The notes under the pieces are model-generated. The model worked only from the letters and a program-made list of their open reading frames with translations, was not told the DNA's origin and searched no databases. A stretch of 41,433 nucleotides of DNA, taken from NCBI GenBank assembly GCA_048882025.1, contig JBHLSA010000002.1, positions 1-41,433 on the forward strand. The letters are read 5' to 3'. Below, in pieces: positions 17,655 through 27,895 of the stretch; the first letter of the stretch is position 1, and every line of letters starts with the position of its first letter. Source of the DNA: Candidatus Thorarchaeota archaeon (GTDB taxonomy: Archaea; Asgardarchaeota; Hermodarchaeia; Hermodarchaeales; Hermodarchaeaceae). The position numbers were made by a program, and so were the translations under genes.

Positions 17655-18302
17655 CTATCGTTTTCCAAGCATTTTTTGAAGCGAACTTATACCCGTTAGC
17701 AAACGTCGGTTCTCGATTGCTGTATTGAGGTCCGCACGAGTTCTTTCAACTAGACCTCTTGCCACATCGGTTTTTCTTCTAACCCCAGGAGTCAAACCCT
17801 GTGGAAAATCAAAGGTCATTAGCACCGTGTAAATCGATTCCATCTGAGTGAACGCGCGTTTAGCTTCGTCTAAATTATCGTTTGTTAAAGAATCTAGAGC
17901 ATATCTCCGGAGTTCACCAACAAAGTCACCTAACCCCTGTAGATATCCAATATCGCTTATTCCGAATTCTTGAGGGGGTGGTGATTCCTGTTTTTCCAGA
18001 AAAGCCAGAAAAAGGCCAGCTTCTGCTAATTCCCCCTCCGCGTTATTTACTAGCCCTAATACAGGAAGTTGATTTAGTTTCTTTTGATGCTTTTGGGTAT
18101 CCTGTAACATGGATTGAGCATTTTTGATAGATGTTCGAGCTCTACTCATATCACCACGATGTATTGCAGAAATTGCCTCACGAGTTATTCTTAGCACTTT
18201 ATTCATTTCATCGATAAGATGGTCCCGTGATTTATTTTGGACCGCTAGTTTTTCATAGATTTGGTTCCCGATTTCTTGAATGCTCATAATCGAAGGCTCC
18301 AT
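17655..18302 (-). CDS. Translin/TRAX family protein
   Basis: YLQGLGDFVGELRRYALD and a helical repeat layout typical of the translin family. It lies 8 nt upstream of nfi on the same strand. Confidence 0.7.
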   Translation of the reverse strand: MEPSIMSIQEIGNQIYEKLAVQNKSRDHLIDEMNKVLRITREAISAIHRGDMSRARTSIKNAQSMLQDTQKHQKKLNQLPVLGLVNNAEGELAEAGLFLAFLEKQESPPPQEFGISDIGYLQGLGDFVGELRRYALDSLTNDNLDEAKRAFTQMESIYTVLMTFDFPQGLTPGVRRKTDVARGLVERTRADLNTAIENRRLLTGISSLQKMLGKR

Positions 18303-18369
18303 TTAGAGAAATATTATCGCAGATTGGTGCAGTGAAAACGGCATACTTAAATGATTGGCTTTAAGTGAA

Positions 18370-19314
18370 ATGGCGGTTGGTCTCGTGGTTTCAGTTGAAC
18401 TAGCAAAGATATATCGTAAGCAGCGTTATCGGTTCATTGGTAGAAATAGTGTCTTGAAGAAGTGTTTTCATCTTCACAAAGCATTGACGCAGCAACGTCC
18501 TTGTTACAAGCAAACTTTCTATGGAACAATCAAAACCCATCGTTGTATGCAACTTTCACCAACCTTTCAGTGCACTCAAGCATGTCTTTTTTGCTGGCGA
18601 ACGATGCCTGGTGATGATGGGGTTTCCTCCAAGTTAGAGAAAGAAATACCTGATGACCCTGTAGATATTTTGGATAATGCAATTGTTGCGCAAGGTAAGA
18701 TTCTTGACGGTTACAACCCTGTTTGCCATCCTAAAGTTCAACCTCGAATGTACGAAGAGGCAAGAAATCCACAGCATGTTGCTATAAGCCTAGTTGGTGA
18801 ACCAACAATGTATGAACGGCTTTCTGATCTGATTCGCGAATGCGACCGACGAGGTTGGACGAGTTATCTTGTGAGCAATGGAACCAACCCACAAGTTTTG
18901 GAAAATATTCAGGAACCCACACAACTTTACATATCCTTTGTTGCCCCGGATAAGAAAGCACATCAAAAATTATGTCGTCCAACAATACCTAAAGCCTGGG
19001 AACGTCTACAGAAGTCACTCAGTTTATTTTCCTCATTCTCTTGCCCCACAGTTATTCGCATGACTCTGGTTGCAGGACATAACATGCACGCAATTACAGA
19101 TTATGCGAAAATTCTCACTGAAACAGATCCTGATTATATTGAATGCAAGGCGTATATGCATGTTGGAGGCAGCATGCACCGTTTGTCTCGTGAGAATATG
19201 CCTTCAATGAACGCCATTCGTGATTTCGCCAACGCTTTAGCGAATCAAACAGGCTATTTGGTCACTAATGAAGACTCCTTAAGTCGAGTCGTTCTTTTAT
19301 CAAAAGCGCATTGA
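18370..19314 (+). CDS. taw1: tRNA 4-demethylwyosine synthase (Taw1/TYW1 radical SAM)
   Basis: CYKQTFYGTIKTHRCMQLSP..CTQACLFCWR, then AISLVGEPT and SNGT. The track start (TTG at 18355) is an alternative. Confidence 0.85.
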   Translation: MAVGLVVSVELAKIYRKQRYRFIGRNSVLKKCFHLHKALTQQRPCYKQTFYGTIKTHRCMQLSPTFQCTQACLFCWRTMPGDDGVSSKLEKEIPDDPVDILDNAIVAQGKILDGYNPVCHPKVQPRMYEEARNPQHVAISLVGEPTMYERLSDLIRECDRRGWTSYLVSNGTNPQVLENIQEPTQLYISFVAPDKKAHQKLCRPTIPKAWERLQKSLSLFSSFSCPTVIRMTLVAGHNMHAITDYAKILTETDPDYIECKAYMHVGGSMHRLSRENMPSMNAIRDFANALANQTGYLVTNEDSLSRVVLLSKAH

Positions 19315-19325
19315 ACCATTGGTTG

Positions 19326-19943
19326 CTAATCTGCGAGTTGAAGTTCCTGTGATTCTATACCTTCAGGTGTTACGATAAGAAGATCAATTCCATCACCTGA
19401 CATGGCATCACGACGGGTTGCAGAGCGAATTGCCTTTATGGCTAAATTGATAGCTTCCTTTTTTGAGAGGTTTTCACGATAATTAGCTTCTAACACACCT
19501 AGGACAAGGGATGTAGCTGTTCCAACAGCAGCATACTTTTCTGCAATTAGGGAACCCGCAAGATCAAGGCTGTAAAGATGGGAACCATCCTGATCCACCC
19601 CACCAATTAGGGTTTGCGTTAAGAATGGCATAAATTTTCGACTGAAGAGTATATTGGAGAGGAGCTGAGCTGCTGCATTTACAGTTATTGGTCTTCGATT
19701 TTCAAGTTCGAAGAGGTTGGATTCGGCCGTTAGATAAGATGAAAGCATTTGGTAATCTCCACTTACACCAGCACTCCCAACAATGATGTTTTCAGTTATT
19801 GGAAATACCTTCTTACCAGTTTTGCTTACAACTGTATAACCCCAAAGAACCCGTTTTTCCGCTCCGATGACTATTCCATTCTCGAAGGTTATGCCAACTG
19901 TTGCTGCACCAAAGAATGGTGTCAGATCTGATTGACCACTCAT
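19326..19943 (-). CDS. psmB: Proteasome subunit beta
   Basis: Propeptide followed by TVGITFENGIVIGAEKR (Thr1, Lys33 context). Ntn-hydrolase layout. Confidence 0.9.
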   Translation of the reverse strand: MSGQSDLTPFFGAATVGITFENGIVIGAEKRVLWGYTVVSKTGKKVFPITENIIVGSAGVSGDYQMLSSYLTAESNLFELENRRPITVNAAAQLLSNILFSRKFMPFLTQTLIGGVDQDGSHLYSLDLAGSLIAEKYAAVGTATSLVLGVLEANYRENLSKKEAINLAIKAIRSATRRDAMSGDGIDLLIVTPEGIESQELQLAD

Positions 19944-20025
19944 TTTGAATTACCTGCATCAGCTATCGTAGGAAAGCAGTTAAAAAATCTTTGTGACTTG
20001 CTTCTCTTAAGAGCTGTATCTGAAA

Positions 20026-21063
20026 TTGAACCCATTTACAAAGCTAAAATATGTGTTAACCAGCAAGGAGCTTCTTGATGTAGCCTTTGCTCGTGCTTCA
20101 AAGATAACACTACCCAAATCGAAAAAGCCACCTCATATCCGTGCCCGTACTAAAGAGATTGCGAAGTTAAAGAAAGTCGAAGATAATCTCACTACACGAC
20201 TTGAAGACATAGTTCAGCGCTTTCCGAACTTTGATGAAATTCATCCTTTCTATCGTTCTCTTGCAGATACCGTTGTGACAATAGATGAGATTCGGCAGGC
20301 TCTTGCCTCAGTTTCGTCCGCAATTCGTATTATTAAGGAAATCATTCGTGAGAGCACTAGGAAGCTAAAGCGTGTAAAAACCCCAGATGAAGCAAGAAGG
20401 CTAAGAGCCGCTGCCTATGGACGCATCTCTTCTGTAATTAATCGATTAGAGCCACGTCTGGTTATTATCCAGCGAGCTGCAAATGAATACCGCCGTTTTC
20501 CATCAATCAATCTTAACTTACCAGTAATTGTTGTTGCAGGATATCCCAACGTAGGAAAGAGTTCACTTGTTGCGCTTATTTCGTCTGCTACTCCTGAAGT
20601 TGCTGAATACCCCTTCACAACAAAAAAAATTAGTGTAGGTCATATTCCAATCAATTCTTTTGAGGGACAGATTCTCGATGTTCCTGGCCTCCTTGATCGG
20701 CCAATGAAAAAGAGGAATCCAATTGAGCAAAGGGCCATTGCAGCAATTCAATACTTAGCAGATGTTATTTGTTTCTTAGTAGATCCAACTCTAAACTGTG
20801 GGTATGAGCTGAATAGCCAAGTTTCCTTACTTCACGAAATTACTTCAACATTTCCAGACTTGGAGATTTTTCCTATCTTGAATAAAGGTGACATTGCAAC
20901 AAAGGGAGAAATTACCACAGCATTGGACATAATAAATCTAGGAAACATTCCAAAAATTAGTACTCTAACTGAAGAGGGGGTTGAACAGGTGTTTCATGAC
21001 ATTATATCACATTCTAAGATGATTCAGAAGAAGCTGAAGAACCTTCATGCCCAATCCCTTTGA
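20026..21063 (+). CDS. NOG1-family GTPase
   Basis: NOG1 N-domain pattern (FPNFDEIHPFYRSLADT), G1 GYPNVGKSS, G2 YPFTT, G3 DVPGL. TTG start. Confidence 0.8.
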   Translation: MNPFTKLKYVLTSKELLDVAFARASKITLPKSKKPPHIRARTKEIAKLKKVEDNLTTRLEDIVQRFPNFDEIHPFYRSLADTVVTIDEIRQALASVSSAIRIIKEIIRESTRKLKRVKTPDEARRLRAAAYGRISSVINRLEPRLVIIQRAANEYRRFPSINLNLPVIVVAGYPNVGKSSLVALISSATPEVAEYPFTTKKISVGHIPINSFEGQILDVPGLLDRPMKKRNPIEQRAIAAIQYLADVICFLVDPTLNCGYELNSQVSLLHEITSTFPDLEIFPILNKGDIATKGEITTALDIINLGNIPKISTLTEEGVEQVFHDIISHSKMIQKKLKNLHAQSL

Positions 21064-22090
21064 CAGAAATTTGTGCAGGCTTCCCCAATGTTCCTTTCAC
21101 GCTAAATTTGATGTCAAGAAAATGTTCTGCGATTTGAATATTTGTAACAGTATGCATGGTGAGTTCTGATATTGTTAAAGATGACGCGCCTTTTGCTAAT
21201 GCAATATATGGAATGAGCATGTCAGCTTGATACCGATCGACAAATGCGTTAGTTTTCAGTTCCGCTAAAAGCATCGATGCGGCTTTTTCACCAACCTTTT
21301 CAGCTTTTAGTCCTCGACGTCCTAAGGCATCTGAACCCATCAGCAAATAGGGTTTACTTGTAGCCCATAGTGTAATTCCGCTACCTGGAGAACGCGTCTG
21401 CTTATTATGTTCAACTTGTATTCTCTCAACATGGTATGATGCTTGATTAAGTATGTTCATTGCTGTATCAGCTTGGCGTTCAGCAACATGTTTTGGTAAA
21501 GATCCACAATGAGAAAGACCTTGGATTATGGGATTGGCATTATTAGATTCCAATATAAGAGAGGACAAAGTGTTGATTGGAAAAAGTGTACCTTTAACTA
21601 GTCCTCCACCGCGCGGATAATACCCACGCTGTTCTAATTCCAATGTGCCTTGATAACCCATTTGCTGTAATCGTGGGAGTAAAACATGAACTAAATACTC
21701 AAAAGGTGGACTCCAAGCAACATTGGTGCCTCCTGAGAGTGTAATGAAAACTGGATGTTCACAATAAGGAGCAACAATCATGATCGTTTGCAAGACGAGT
21801 GTAATTGCCCCAGCGGTTCCAATGTCAACGAGTATTTCTCCTCCATGTTGTGAGTTTGGATAGAATTCAATTCGGGTAGAACCAACATGAGTTCCCTTAA
21901 CATCTGCATTAGTGAGCTGCTTTGCCGCTAATATGCCATTAAGATGTTGTGGTCGAAGTCCTGGTGTTTTTCTTTTGGCACGAATTTTGTTGACTTCAAC
22001 GGGTGTTTTCAAAACCGCAGCAAAGGCAATCGCGGATCGAAGAATTTGACCTCCGCCTTCTAGAATGGAACCGTCAATTTGTATGACCAT
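21014..22090 (-). CDS. rtcA: RNA 3'-terminal phosphate cyclase
   Basis: IDGSILEGGGQILRSAIAFAAVLKTPVEVNKIRAKRKTPGLRPQHL signature. The 3' end overlaps the convergent NOG1 gene by 50 nt. Confidence 0.9.
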   Translation of the reverse strand: MVIQIDGSILEGGGQILRSAIAFAAVLKTPVEVNKIRAKRKTPGLRPQHLNGILAAKQLTNADVKGTHVGSTRIEFYPNSQHGGEILVDIGTAGAITLVLQTIMIVAPYCEHPVFITLSGGTNVAWSPPFEYLVHVLLPRLQQMGYQGTLELEQRGYYPRGGGLVKGTLFPINTLSSLILESNNANPIIQGLSHCGSLPKHVAERQADTAMNILNQASYHVERIQVEHNKQTRSPGSGITLWATSKPYLLMGSDALGRRGLKAEKVGEKAASMLLAELKTNAFVDRYQADMLIPYIALAKGASSLTISELTMHTVTNIQIAEHFLDIKFSVKGTLGKPAQISVKGIGHEGSSASSESS

Positions 22091-22141
22091 TTTTCCGTCA
22101 CTGAAATTTCTTTATAGTGGATGAATTAAAGTGCTTATGCT

Positions 22142-22723
22142 ATGACCGCAATTTGTATTGGTACCATGCAAGTATTAGCAAATCGGTGGCTAGCGTTAGC
22201 TGTGGAAGAAGCAAGCGCAAAGCTGGTTGCCTGCACATCTTCAGATATTTCATCTCAGAGTGCAGAAAAGAGTTTGAAAAATACTCTTCATCGATTAAAT
22301 CAGATAAGAATGGTTGATGACACACTTCAATCTCCGCGTCTCATTACTATTGGTGATCAACTCATCCAACTTATTAAAGGAAAAGGGCATCAATTTACTC
22401 TTGATGAGATTTCTCAGAGAAATTGGTCTTCTGCTCGATCTATTATTTCACAGAAATTACTAGAGGTTCCAAGAGGAAAAGTAATCTCTTACGGAGGGCT
22501 TGCAAAGCAAAGCCGCTCTTCACCAAGAGGTGTAGGAATCGTTATGCGAAGCAATCCAGTACCATGGGCAATTCCCTGTCACAGAGTAATTCACTCTGAT
22601 GGAAAATTAGGAAAATTAGGAGGAACTGTGAGCGGAACAAAGGAGAAAGCGAGAATATTACAAGCCGAAGGTGTACCCTTTAACCGTGATGGAACAGTAA
22701 AGGAGCAAGCAATCATATCCTAA
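22142..22723 (+). CDS. ogt: Methylated-DNA-protein-cysteine methyltransferase (Ogt/MGMT family)
   Basis: VPRGKVISYGGLA.. and active site IPCHRVI in the C-terminal domain. Confidence 0.8.
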   Translation: MTAICIGTMQVLANRWLALAVEEASAKLVACTSSDISSQSAEKSLKNTLHRLNQIRMVDDTLQSPRLITIGDQLIQLIKGKGHQFTLDEISQRNWSSARSIISQKLLEVPRGKVISYGGLAKQSRSSPRGVGIVMRSNPVPWAIPCHRVIHSDGKLGKLGGTVSGTKEKARILQAEGVPFNRDGTVKEQAIIS

Positions 22724-22738
22724 GAATGGTGACTTTGT

Positions 22739-23251
22739 ATGAGACAGCCAGGTCTTTTCATTGGAAGATTTCAACCATTTCATAAAGGTCATCTTCATGC
22801 ATTGAAAGAGATATTGGCGCAAGAAGAGCAAGTTTTCATTGTTATTGGTAGTGCTCAAGCCAGTCATACGCCAACTAACCCATTTAGTACCGCGGAACGG
22901 ATTATTATGTTGCAGCTTATCCTCGAAGAGCTGGATATTCCATGTTCGCGGTACTTACTCATTCCCGTTCCTGACATACATAACTATGAATTATGGGTTG
23001 ATCATGTGAAACGTTTTGTGCCTCCCTTTGGGATCGTTTATGGCGGATTAAAAACAAGTTTAGAACTATTTTCGGAAAAAAAACTTCCAGTAAAAGAAAT
23101 AACGCCTCACAAAAAGAACATCTATTCAGGTACTGAAGTACGAAGAAGAATGAAGCAGGAAGAGGATTGGCGTTCATTGATTCCAGATGTAATTATAGAG
23201 TTCATAAAGGAAGTTGATGGAGTTAGACGCGTAAAATCATTTAATTACTAG
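22739..23251 (+). CDS. nadM: Nicotinamide-nucleotide adenylyltransferase (archaeal type)
   Basis: GLFIGRFQPFHKGHLHALKEIL and SGTEVRRRM motifs. Confidence 0.85.
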   Translation: MRQPGLFIGRFQPFHKGHLHALKEILAQEEQVFIVIGSAQASHTPTNPFSTAERIIMLQLILEELDIPCSRYLLIPVPDIHNYELWVDHVKRFVPPFGIVYGGLKTSLELFSEKKLPVKEITPHKKNIYSGTEVRRRMKQEEDWRSLIPDVIIEFIKEVDGVRRVKSFNY

Positions 23252-25433
23252 TTTCTGAAGCACGAACTAATTCCAATATCCTTTTGAAAATTTCTTGTTT
23301 TCTTTCTTTAGCAGACCGATAAAGTCGTTCGACGATTAATTCGGGTGTTGATTTAGCAATTTTACCAAATTGAGGAGAACGATTAACAATCAGATTAAGT
23401 TGAGGATCAAGGCCTGTCGCTTCAATACCATCAACCCGAATTGAACCTCTTGAAAGCTGAAGAATATCTTCGGCTAGATGTGAGACAAAGATTACACAAG
23501 AATGGGGATTTTCTGAAAAGAGCTCAAGCACAGCAGCAACGACCTTAGCAGCGGCACCGGGTTCAGTGCTCGCCTCCCATTCATCAAAACAAGCAAGTTT
23601 TGAAGCATCACTTAGAACAATATTTGCAAGATTAGTCAGTGAGGATTCAAACGCACCTGCAGATAACATTCCTGTGGATTTTGCATAGTAGAAAAGTTCA
23701 TCAAAAATCCCTACCTCAGCTTTTGATGCGGGAACTAACATTCCCATTTGAGCAAGAATGGCCACTTGAGCAATGCTTTGAAGTAAGCAACTTTTTCCAC
23801 CACTATTTGCCCCAGAGAGAAGAACAACTCGTTCACCTGCAGTTCTTTCCGGTGCCCAACTGTTTTGTCCAATAGAATATGAGACGGGAACGACTTGGAG
23901 TTTTCCCGTTTTTGCTTCTTGCATAAGAAAGAGGTTACGACCTTCTTCAAATGCTAAGCCAACATTTTCAGTCCGAACCACCGGAACTGAGAGTTGATAT
24001 TCAACCGCAAATTGACCTATTGCTTGAAAGACATCAAAATCTAATAGGGTTTGAACAGCATCCTTGACCAATTGTTCATACTTTGTAAGTTTCGAAGCAA
24101 TTTCTTTTTTGAGCTGGTGTTCCCGTGCATGCATAGCCCGTCGAAGATTATTTTGCAGATTGCTAGCGAGTTGACGATTAGCTTGGATGGGTAAAGCAAG
24201 ACTTTGAGAAAAAATCCCATCCACCCATTCAAGTTCATTTCTTTTGAGTTGTAACAACTGGGCAAGATGATCTTCGGAATCTTGCAGAGCAGTTATTAGA
24301 ATATCAAATACCTGTGGCGGAAGATATTGGCGCAGTTGATCAGCCCCAATTGATTCCGCTGTTGATGCTTCAAGGATGCTAATTATCTGATCCCCTTCCA
24401 ATACAACTTGGCTACTGGAAACTTCATTTCGAATTCGATCATTAGCCCAAATTTCAGTCTCGCTTAATGTCGCTTCAAATTTTTGTGACGCATTTCTAAG
24501 TCGATCATAATCTTCATCTGCACCCATAGAGAGGGCTCCGGAACTAGTGATTTTTTGAATGAGTGCTAGAAGTTCATTTAATTCGGTTAAATCCAATTTC
24601 TCAATGAACCTTTGAAGAGCTGGTGTATTGGGGAGCTTTGTGAGCGCATCAGCGGCATTACAAATGGCTAGAATTGTTTCGTGGTTGGTAGCATAAAATG
24701 AGATTATCGATTCGGGCGACACATCCGCATTAGTAAAGTCACTCTTTAACAACTCTAGATTTCCTGCTTGCTCCGCTACCCTACTCATTCCTGCTACTTC
24801 TAAGATAGCTATGACATAATCATAAGATTTGAGGTACTCATCTAGTTGTTCACCAGGTTTTAGGCGAATGAGGCGTGAAAGCTTATCTGCTTTGTATTCC
24901 CTCATTTTTTGTTGTGCCTCATCATTATCAGTGAGGATTACTCTCCATGTTGCCATGGGTGGAGTTGCTCCTCGACGTAAAGGTTTAGCAGTGGAAAGGA
25001 GTGTTCCCATTTCAGTCAGCTGTTCCTGAGAACATTTCCTTACTAGCTCAGCAGCTTGCTCAAACCAGTTTAGTCGTTGGAGTATTATATCGAGCTTTGA
25101 AGAGGGTAATGGGTAATAGAGAGATAATTTATCTTTGGCAAAAAGACTATTCGCATATGTTTGGATGAGTGATAAAATGCGATTGTAGATTGTCCTTATA
25201 TCTTCTGTCTTTAACACTTCGAAAGCGCTTATTCCTTCTCGAATTGTGTATGAATCTTGCACAATATCGAGCGCTTTTTTCTTTCCAACCCCTGGTATGC
25301 TTGCTAGTGTAGCCACTTGAGCGTTATTGATAATGTCTAGAGCGGCTTCTTCGGAGCCGAAAACATCAATTAGCTTCTGGGCTAATCGCGATCCTACACC
25401 GGGAATTTGGTCTAATCGTTCAAGCTCTGGCAA
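23241..25433 (-). CDS. MutS-related ATPase (MutS2-like, no Smr domain) with N-terminal tandem helix-hairpin-helix
   Basis: IPGVGSRLAQKL and IPGVGKKKALDI HhH motifs. Walker A is LLSGANSGGKSCLLQ, with MutS domain V features (FDEWEASTEP, SHL). Confidence 0.8.
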   Translation of the reverse strand: MPELERLDQIPGVGSRLAQKLIDVFGSEEAALDIINNAQVATLASIPGVGKKKALDIVQDSYTIREGISAFEVLKTEDIRTIYNRILSLIQTYANSLFAKDKLSLYYPLPSSKLDIILQRLNWFEQAAELVRKCSQEQLTEMGTLLSTAKPLRRGATPPMATWRVILTDNDEAQQKMREYKADKLSRLIRLKPGEQLDEYLKSYDYVIAILEVAGMSRVAEQAGNLELLKSDFTNADVSPESIISFYATNHETILAICNAADALTKLPNTPALQRFIEKLDLTELNELLALIQKITSSGALSMGADEDYDRLRNASQKFEATLSETEIWANDRIRNEVSSSQVVLEGDQIISILEASTAESIGADQLRQYLPPQVFDILITALQDSEDHLAQLLQLKRNELEWVDGIFSQSLALPIQANRQLASNLQNNLRRAMHAREHQLKKEIASKLTKYEQLVKDAVQTLLDFDVFQAIGQFAVEYQLSVPVVRTENVGLAFEEGRNLFLMQEAKTGKLQVVPVSYSIGQNSWAPERTAGERVVLLSGANSGGKSCLLQSIAQVAILAQMGMLVPASKAEVGIFDELFYYAKSTGMLSAGAFESSLTNLANIVLSDASKLACFDEWEASTEPGAAAKVVAAVLELFSENPHSCVIFVSHLAEDILQLSRGSIRVDGIEATGLDPQLNLIVNRSPQFGKIAKSTPELIVERLYRSAKERKQEIFKRILELVRASETSN

Positions 25434-25576
25434 TCAGCTTCCTCCCTTTGACACACTGCATTTTCAGATAGTATATTTAATTGATACCCCCCTACATAGA
25501 AGTGGATAAATGCCTTTTTAAGGAAAAATATAATTTGACTGAGTTTATTCTAAAATAGAATTGAGGGCATTTAACA

Positions 25577-26965
25577 GTGATTCAAGTTACTTTATTAGCA
25601 ATATCCGGACTTCTCGTAGCCTTTATTGTAACATTCATTGTGATGCCATATGTTATTAAAACGATGAAGAACCGAAAAATTACTGGTATTGATGTACACA
25701 AGCTGAATAAACCTGAAGTCGCCGAAATGGGTGGGATTGGAATCCTTTTTGGTGTAACCGCAGGCTGTTTAGTATTATTTATCGGAACCGGTCTTGTATA
25801 TCCCGGTCTCTTTGATTTCCGAATCATTATATTCCTTATAGTAATTCTTTTCGCTGGGCTTATTGGAGCTATTGATGATATCAAGACTCTTGGACCTAAA
25901 ATCAAACCTTTATTGACAGCACTGGCTTGCCTTCCAATTCTTGCTTATACGTGGATGATTAGCCTTTCAGTAATACCTCCGATCTTCATACCTGCATATA
26001 ACCCAGGTCCTTATCTACCATTCTTAGGTCAAACCCGACTGACAATTGTATACCCCCTTGTATTGATTCCATTGGGAATAGCAATAACTGCTAACTCTGT
26101 CAATATGATGGATGTCTTTAATGGCGTAATGCCGATAACTTCGGTAATTATGTTCGTGGCACTTCTTTTCGTCTCAGTGTTGATGTGGTTCATTGGAGTT
26201 TCTGAGGCTGGATTAGGCATTCTTTTCTCATGTGTAATGATTGGCACACTTCTTGCTTACTATTATTTCAATCGAAATCCGGCGAAAGTCTTTGCAGGTG
26301 ACACAGGATCCCTTCTAGTTGGAGCTGCTTTAGGTGCAATTGCTATAATGGGTCGGGTTGAAATTGTAGCTATTGTGGCGCTGTTACCAGCAATCATGAA
26401 TGCCTTCTATTGTCTAATTAGCAGTGGCGGTTTGTTAGAACGACGACAAATGAGAGAGAGACCTACAATTTTTCAAGAGGATGGACGTCTTGCAGCTTCA
26501 CGTGAGCCAACAGCGCCTCTTACTTTGAGTCGATTGGTATTAGCCAGAGGTCCCCTATCGGAACAACATATAATTTTGTCATTAGCAACCTTAACGTTAG
26601 CCAGCAGTCTTCTAGCAGTACTAACTGTATTTCTCATTCCCTTCGATGGTGGTTACCTGTTAATTTGGCCCTTTTCAATGAGCCTTGTCATTATCCCCTT
26701 TATTCTCATTCTTGGGGTGTATTTGATATTAAGAAAAATAGATCAACTCGGTTTGCGACTAGCGGGATTGATTTCTATAATGGTAGGAGTCTGGGCTCTT
26801 GGGATGGCTGGTTTTTGGCTTCTAGATTATTTGATATTTATTTTTCAGAACCCTTGGTGGCCTATAGCAGGAATTCTCTTTATTTTTGGATGGTTAGTCT
26901 TGTGGCACTTCTCAACGCGATTATATTTCCGTTCTGAAATCGGTAAAGCCAAGACTGTTACTTAG
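25577..26965 (+). CDS. aglH: UDP-GlcNAc:dolichyl-phosphate GlcNAc-1-phosphate transferase (AglH/ALG7, MraY-like GT4 family) with a C-terminal multi-TM extension
   Basis: IGAIDDIKTLG, NSVNMMDVFNG and FAGDTGSLLVG motifs. About 130 extra C-terminal residues contain further TM helices. GTG start. Confidence 0.85.
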   Translation: MIQVTLLAISGLLVAFIVTFIVMPYVIKTMKNRKITGIDVHKLNKPEVAEMGGIGILFGVTAGCLVLFIGTGLVYPGLFDFRIIIFLIVILFAGLIGAIDDIKTLGPKIKPLLTALACLPILAYTWMISLSVIPPIFIPAYNPGPYLPFLGQTRLTIVYPLVLIPLGIAITANSVNMMDVFNGVMPITSVIMFVALLFVSVLMWFIGVSEAGLGILFSCVMIGTLLAYYYFNRNPAKVFAGDTGSLLVGAALGAIAIMGRVEIVAIVALLPAIMNAFYCLISSGGLLERRQMRERPTIFQEDGRLAASREPTAPLTLSRLVLARGPLSEQHIILSLATLTLASSLLAVLTVFLIPFDGGYLLIWPFSMSLVIIPFILILGVYLILRKIDQLGLRLAGLISIMVGVWALGMAGFWLLDYLIFIFQNPWWPIAGILFIFGWLVLWHFSTRLYFRSEIGKAKTVT

Positions 26966-27788
26966 TCCGTTTCCTCACTGTAGCATGCTGCCAACGATAT
27001 TCAAAGCTTTGCTGAAAAATGGCAACAATACCTTCATTAGCTGAATAGCTTGGGCGATAAACGTACCGTGGTTGACTTTTTTCTCTCTTTGGAGACGCCC
27101 AGATGAGAAACACAACTCTTGAAGAATCAGCAAGCGTGCCTCTTACAGGAAACCGTAAATCAGCAGGTTGTTTCACACTAGCTCCTAATTTTCGAAGCTT
27201 CTGAACTGCAGTTCGTGTTGCTTCATGTTGCATATTCATAAGGACTCTTATCTTCACTCCTCTTTCGATGGCCTTAGCTAGATCATGTTGAACTGCATCA
27301 AACCAGCTGAAGATGTCAGTGAATATGTCAAGAGTCTTTCTGGCTTCAGAAATCAGGAGTTTAGTTTGTTTTTCAGTTATCGCTAAATTTTCCAAAGATT
27401 CCAAGAGATCCTCTGGTCGTATTCGAAGACGCTGACGCCAAAAAATTGGTGACAGAACTTCTTTAACTTCTAGACTTGTATCTTCCAATTGCTTAATCGA
27501 GTCTGCAATTGCACGTTTTCGTATTGTTATTAGTTTTCGAAGACCCTCATCAGGGCTAATTATTTCAAATTTTTTCGGACGGCCTTCAATAATGACAATA
27601 AGCCCAAGAGCTTTTAGACTTTCAAGGACTCCGTAAACTCGTGGAATGGGAATATTGGCTTTCCGAGCTACCTCCTCCGCACTCATTTGTGAGCCTTGCA
27701 CGAGAATAAGATAAGCTTGGGTTTCGTATTCGGTTAGGCCTAGTTGTCGGATTTTTTCAGCAGCTTCTTTCATTGTAAGGTTTCCCAT
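26958..27788 (-). CDS. TrmB-family transcriptional regulator
   Basis: LGLTEYETQAYLILVQGSQMSAEEVARKANIPIPRVYGVLESLKALGLI wHTH, plus a TrmB-type C-terminal domain. Confidence 0.8.
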   Translation of the reverse strand: MGNLTMKEAAEKIRQLGLTEYETQAYLILVQGSQMSAEEVARKANIPIPRVYGVLESLKALGLIVIIEGRPKKFEIISPDEGLRKLITIRKRAIADSIKQLEDTSLEVKEVLSPIFWRQRLRIRPEDLLESLENLAITEKQTKLLISEARKTLDIFTDIFSWFDAVQHDLAKAIERGVKIRVLMNMQHEATRTAVQKLRKLGASVKQPADLRFPVRGTLADSSRVVFLIWASPKREKSQPRYVYRPSYSANEGIVAIFQQSFEYRWQHATVRKRTK

Positions 27789-27895
27789 ATAGTGTGTTGA
27801 ACTTCTCCTAAATTATCGTTTCGAATAAACTGGTTTAAACGTAATATCGGTAACTTTTTAGGGTAAAAAAGTTTCTCTAGCATGAGGCGAAATCA

